Below are positions 59,904 to 64,000 of a stretch of DNA of 64,000 bases, piece by piece. Location of the stretch: NCBI GenBank assembly GCA_963787125.1, contig CAWBBV010000024.1, positions 110,114-174,113 of the forward strand, read 5' to 3'. This DNA comes from an uncultured delta proteobacterium. GTDB taxonomy: Bacteria > Desulfobacterota > Desulfuromonadia > Geobacterales > DSM-12255. The notes under the pieces are model-generated. The model searched no databases, was not told the DNA's origin, and was given only the letters and a program-made list of their open reading frames with translations. The translations under genes and the position numbers were made by a program. Position 1 is the first letter of the stretch; each line of letters starts with the position of its first letter.

Positions 59904-60056
59904 TTACTGGGTTTCTTCTGCAGTCGCAGGCAGCTCGCTACCGTCTTCAACTTCACCTGGCTGTTTTTCACGCTTTCGTTGCAGTTTTTCCTCAGTCTTC
60001 TTCTTTTTTTCTAACTCTTTTTGCCGTTTCTGAAATTGATAATTCGGTTTTGCCAT
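59904..60056 (-). CDS. Small basic/acidic protein MAKPNYQFQKRQKELEKKKK.. (50 aa; below ORF-track cutoff)
   Basis: AAGGAG RBS, ATG..TAA, 153 nt, between csp and dbpA. Confidence 0.75.
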   Translation of the reverse strand: MAKPNYQFQKRQKELEKKKKTEEKLQRKREKQPGEVEDGSELPATAEETQ

Positions 60057-60090
60057 GCGGACATTACTCCTTAAAAACTATTGCCATAAG

Positions 60091-60122
60091 AAAAAAGCCC
60101 CGGGAAAACCCGGGGCTTTTTT
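60091..60122 (-). terminator. Intrinsic terminator after csp
   Basis: AAAAAAGCCCCGGG-AAAA-CCCGGGGCTTTTTT. Confidence 0.85.
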
Positions 60123-60142
60123 GTGTCTACTGGAGACGGTGC

Positions 60143-60343
60143 TTAGATTCTGGAAACGTTCGCAGCTTGTAGCCCTTTCGGACCCTTTGTAACTTCAAAC
60201 TTAACCCTATCGCCTTCAGCAAGGGACTTGAATCCGTCACCTGTGATGGCTGAAAAATGGCAGAATACGTCGTCGCCATTTTCCTGCTCAAGAAAACCAA
60301 AACCCTTGCTGTCATTAAACCACTTTACTGTTCCTTCTACCAT
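60143..60343 (-). CDS. csp: Cold-shock protein
   Basis: [22 protein letters not shown]. Confidence 0.97.
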   Translation of the reverse strand: MVEGTVKWFNDSKGFGFLEQENGDDVFCHFSAITGDGFKSLAEGDRVKFEVTKGPKGLQAANVSRI

Positions 60344-60661
60344 GTGTGTACTTCTCCTGAAACTTCCTGTTATTTTTGTCCGGCCATATGCCGAATCTTT
60401 TCTGACTATAGCAGCTACTTTCTATCAATGTCAAGCAACATCGTAAAAATATAATCTTAGTACATCTATTTATCGCCTACTGGTCTATTGTACCTGGTAG
60501 CAACCGTTTTACCGGGGTACAGAGGGTGTCTGCCGGCTGAAATCGCAGAATCAACTTCTTAATTATTGCTGACATATTCATGTGAAGTATTGATTTCTTT
60601 TTCCATTCTGTTAAATATAGTCAAGTTTATAAGATCCATTTGACTGATAGGGGGGTAAGGT

Positions 60662-60979
60662 TTGAAGGGTTTAAAATTCTTGATTGTATCGTGCTTGTTT
60701 TTGATCTGCGGGTGTTCTGCTGATCATGAAAAGAATCTTGTTGGTAAGTGGCAAGAAACTACCAGCCCCAATGGAGTGCTTGAGTTTTCCAGTGATCATA
60801 CCGGCCGTGCGTTCTGGCCTAATGAGGTTGGCAAACAGGAGAGTTCTGCCATGAAATGGCAGGTTTTAAAAGGTGAAAGCAGGGTGGCGGTTATCACCCC
60901 TCCAGGTCCGGTAATTTTTGAAATTAAATCTGATCGTCTCGTGGCTCCCAACGGGGTTGTGCTTACCAAGGTGAAATGA
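60662..60979 (+). CDS. Hypothetical lipoprotein
   Basis: Lipobox ICGC; LVGKW motif. Confidence 0.7.
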   Translation: MKGLKFLIVSCLFLICGCSADHEKNLVGKWQETTSPNGVLEFSSDHTGRAFWPNEVGKQESSAMKWQVLKGESRVAVITPPGPVIFEIKSDRLVAPNGVVLTKVK

Positions 60980-60993
60980 TTTAGGTGCTTTAA

Positions 60994-61027
60994 AAAAGCG
61001 GCTTACGAAATTTCGTAAGCCGCTTTT
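60994..61027. terminator. Bidirectional terminator
   Basis: AAAAGCGGCTTACG..CGTAAGCCGCTTTT between convergent genes. Confidence 0.85.
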
Positions 61028-61077
61028 CTCAATTAACATTAGTTGAATGGTTTGTCGGTCAGTGATAAATCTCTGAG

Positions 61078-61341
61078 CTAATCCTCGTCAGCTTCAAATG
61101 AATCATCAAACTCATCAAAATCCGAATCGGCCTCTTCATCAACTTCTTCCTCTTCGTAAAGGAGCACCTGACGGTCGTCTTCTTCCTTTATTGATTCAAA
61201 CTTAGCCAGTAACTCTTCATTTGTACAGTAGCGACTTCTTTTGAAACGGCAAGTATCCAGGTCGCAGAGGTCAAAGAGTTGTATTTCACTGCACAATCTT
61301 TGAGAAGATATTTTCGACTCTGCCCCTGATTCGACCTTCAT
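61078..61341 (-). CDS. Small Cys-containing protein with acidic tail
   Basis: RLCSEIQLFDLC..C..YCT; coupled downstream of fbp. Confidence 0.7.
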   Translation of the reverse strand: MKVESGAESKISSQRLCSEIQLFDLCDLDTCRFKRSRYCTNEELLAKFESIKEEDDRQVLLYEEEEVDEEADSDFDEFDDSFEADED

Positions 61342-61343
61342 TA

Positions 61344-62303
61344 TTAGTTTCCCTCTTGCGCAAGGAAGTCGACTGCCTTTTGAACATCTTCAGAGCATCC
61401 GATATAAACAGGTTCTCTGTGGTCGAGGGATTCAGGTTTGACATCCAGTATCGGAATTTTACCATTACTAGCGGCACCTCCGGCATGTTCAATCAGAAAA
61501 GCCATTGGATTAAGTTCAAACAGAAGCCTCAACTTGCCTTTAGGAGCATCGTTAAGAGCCGGGTAGAGAAATATTCCTTTACCCTTCATGAGGATCTGAT
61601 TGATGTCCGGTACGAAGCCTCCTGAGTAGCGCAGTTTGCTCCCTTTGCCCTCAAGGTAGCTGACAAACTTTTCGGTGCCTTGCGAATATTTTTTGCGGAG
61701 ACCACCTGGCGAGTGGATGTCGCCAGAAGGGGCCATGCAGATATTCTCTCTGGAGAGGGTGAACTCCATCAGTGAGTTCATGTTGAATTCATGGACACCA
61801 TTTCCTACCGAGTAGACCATGGAAACTCTTGGACCGTAGAGAAGAAAAAGAGCTGCAACCTGCTTTCGGCCTTCCTGAAAGAGATCACAACCTTTATAGA
61901 TTGATACAATAGTGCCGATAGAGAGGTTGACATCTACCAGTGACGAGCCGTCTAGAGGGTCATAAGCCACGGAATAAAGACCAGGGCCTTCACCTTGAGC
62001 CTGATAAACTTCATCCATCTCTTCTGACGCTATATTGCATACAACACCTGAATGAATCAGCCTTTTTCTGAGTATGCGGTCCGAAAGCACGTCAAGTGCA
62101 AGTTGTTCTTCACCATAAAGGTTGGAAGTACCGGCAACGCCAAGGTCACCGGTTCTCACAGCGTTAATGACATACTTGCTGGCTTCGGCTATTTCACATA
62201 TCAGGTGGATAAGGTTATCGCAGATATTCTGACTGCGAAGATGTCTGCGAAGATCAAGCTGAAATCTGGTTTTACCCGGTTCTTTATACACTCTAACCCC
62301 CAA
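61344..62303 (-). CDS. fbp: Fructose-1,6-bisphosphatase class 1
   Basis: ASEE, DPLDGSS, LRYSGGFVPD, KLRLLFELNP. Confidence 0.95.
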   Translation of the reverse strand: MGVRVYKEPGKTRFQLDLRRHLRSQNICDNLIHLICEIAEASKYVINAVRTGDLGVAGTSNLYGEEQLALDVLSDRILRKRLIHSGVVCNIASEEMDEVYQAQGEGPGLYSVAYDPLDGSSLVDVNLSIGTIVSIYKGCDLFQEGRKQVAALFLLYGPRVSMVYSVGNGVHEFNMNSLMEFTLSRENICMAPSGDIHSPGGLRKKYSQGTEKFVSYLEGKGSKLRYSGGFVPDINQILMKGKGIFLYPALNDAPKGKLRLLFELNPMAFLIEHAGGAASNGKIPILDVKPESLDHREPVYIGCSEDVQKAVDFLAQEGN

Positions 62304-62372
62304 TAAACTTAATGCGCTGATAATTTAAATACTCAAATACAGGGCGGTTGGCAAGTAAAAACAGACTGGTGA

Positions 62373-63758
62373 TTACCTTCTTTCCAGTACAGCGACTGAC
62401 TCTACGTGAGTTGTCTGTGGAAACATGTCAACCGGTTGAATCAGGCGGCAGTCGTAGCCATATGTATGCAATGCGACCAGATCTCTGCCAAGAGAGGCAG
62501 GGGAGCACGAAACGTAGATGATTTTTGGTGCGCCAAGCTCGGCAACCTGCCTGAGTACTCTGTCTTCGCACCCTTTGCGGGGAGGATTTAGCAAAACAAG
62601 CTCTATCTCGTTATCACTTCGAATGATTGATTCAAGCTCCTGAGCAACATCGCCTGACTCAAACTCACAATTGTGAGCACGATTAAGTCGTGCATTCTTC
62701 TGCGCATCCTCTACTGCGGACTCCACAAACTCTATACCGAGGATATTTCCGGCAGTCGGTGCAAGGAAAAGAGATATGGCGCCGATACCACAATAAAGGT
62801 CGAGGACATTGCTTTTCTTTGTCAAAGCGGAAAGTTCTCTCACAAGATTGTAAATGATGGCGGCACTGCCGGTATTAATCTGAAAAAAGGAGCGCGGTGA
62901 AACAAGGAAGCGGATTCCGTTAATGGTAGTTTCCAGCGAAGTCTGTTTTGTCTGAAAAAAATCACGGTTGCCGAAAATCACGTTACCGGGTGTTGAGTTA
63001 ACATTTTGCGCAATAACCTTTACCTCTGGAACCTCTTTGGTAATCAATGCAGCAAGGTGATGGAGTTCATTGTAGCTTCTTTGGGAAGTAACAAGTACTA
63101 CCATTGCCTTGTTTTCAGTCTCTGCAATTCTGATCACAAGGTATCTGAGCAGGCCTTGTTCGGATTTTGGGTTATAGACCGGTATTTTACCTTTGATTAT
63201 CCCTTTTTTCACGACAGCAATAATACGATTTATGAGGGGATGATGGAGAGGGCAGCTTGAAATATCAATGATGTCATGGCTGTCCCGGCGATATATACCG
63301 ATTTGTGGGTCAGCAAACTTTCCGCTAATCACCAGCTTTGCACTGTTTCTGTACTGAAGCTGCAGTGGGGAAGCGATAACCGGATTTATGGCGGTATTCT
63401 GAAGAGATTTATGCTGGTGGATGTGGTTAGCGACGTGAGTCTGCTTCCATTCCAGTTGAGCTGTATAAGTCATTTCAATTAAAGGACAGCCGTCGCACTG
63501 AGAGAGTTGTTTGCATGGTGAAGGTGTCCGCTGCGGTGAGGCTTCGATAATTCTGACTCTTTCTGCCGCAACCCGATGTTGACTTGCGTAAGTTATTTTC
63601 GCAAGAACCTTTTCGCCCGGCAGAGTTCTGGAGACCCTTATCTGCGATGATTCAAGGACGCCTATTCCACAACCTTCATCGTCAAGTGCAGAAACCGTAA
63701 CCTCGATTCTGTCCCCCTTTTTCAGGAGGGGTGGTGATTTTTTGTTTATATTTTTCAT
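62373..63758 (-). CDS. rlmD: 23S rRNA (uracil-1939-C5)-methyltransferase
   Basis: TRAM, C..CDGC, SFFQIN, DLYCGIG, YVSC, DMFPQTTHVE. Confidence 0.92.
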   Translation of the reverse strand: MKNINKKSPPLLKKGDRIEVTVSALDDEGCGIGVLESSQIRVSRTLPGEKVLAKITYASQHRVAAERVRIIEASPQRTPSPCKQLSQCDGCPLIEMTYTAQLEWKQTHVANHIHQHKSLQNTAINPVIASPLQLQYRNSAKLVISGKFADPQIGIYRRDSHDIIDISSCPLHHPLINRIIAVVKKGIIKGKIPVYNPKSEQGLLRYLVIRIAETENKAMVVLVTSQRSYNELHHLAALITKEVPEVKVIAQNVNSTPGNVIFGNRDFFQTKQTSLETTINGIRFLVSPRSFFQINTGSAAIIYNLVRELSALTKKSNVLDLYCGIGAISLFLAPTAGNILGIEFVESAVEDAQKNARLNRAHNCEFESGDVAQELESIIRSDNEIELVLLNPPRKGCEDRVLRQVAELGAPKIIYVSCSPASLGRDLVALHTYGYDCRLIQPVDMFPQTTHVESVAVLERR

Positions 63759-64000
63759 AGAATCAAACTAACTGCTCGATGAAGTAAAAGTCAATTCAAT
63801 ATTCTAATGTAAGCACCATAAGAGCAAAACCGACGAGCATAGGCGTAATAAAACTAATTCTCTTGCTGGGTGTGATGGTTGAGGAATACATGGCTAACGT
63901 GCACCAGATTTCGGGGATTTAGATTGTATTGTCACGTTTATAATATTTGAACTTACTAGCTTAATAAGCCGTATTTTCTCCACATATAATTTTCCGGATG

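Noticed and set aside
63790..64000. Short minus-strand ORFs at the window end
   Set aside because: Too short or truncated to assign a frame or product

Overview
Bacterial chromosome segment, most likely from a Geobacteraceae/Desulfuromonadia member. This is inferred from the gene order (pulM-pulQ-pulG-oxpG-ftsEX; rpmF-plsX-fab-rpiB-glyA) and a GTATAC-A-GTATAC box at acnB. Bases 1-28 kb are core genome: a type II secretion/pseudopilin cluster whose secretin is split by a frameshift, ftsEX-envC-ctpA, ettA, three tRNAs, rluB, the fatty-acid synthesis operon and glyA. Bases 28-40 kb hold envelope genes (a thioredoxin/TPR + OmpA-like + DsbD-N cluster; an Omp85/GDPD/acyltransferase-lipase operon), followed by acnB. 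Bases 42-55 kb form a metal-handling region: a DUF2318/ABC operon, a small AT-rich insert (DUF4160/DUF2442 pair between direct repeats, (CCCTGAAA)14) and a CusCBA-type RND operon. The most striking signal is a family of inverted-repeat elements built from ~9-nt CGCGGAT units. They sit at four gene junctions of these operons; one encloses a GxxExxY (PD-(D/E)XK-like) gene and three are empty. The window ends with miaA, dbpA, csp, fbp and rlmD. All calls come from reading the sequence; no database searches were run.
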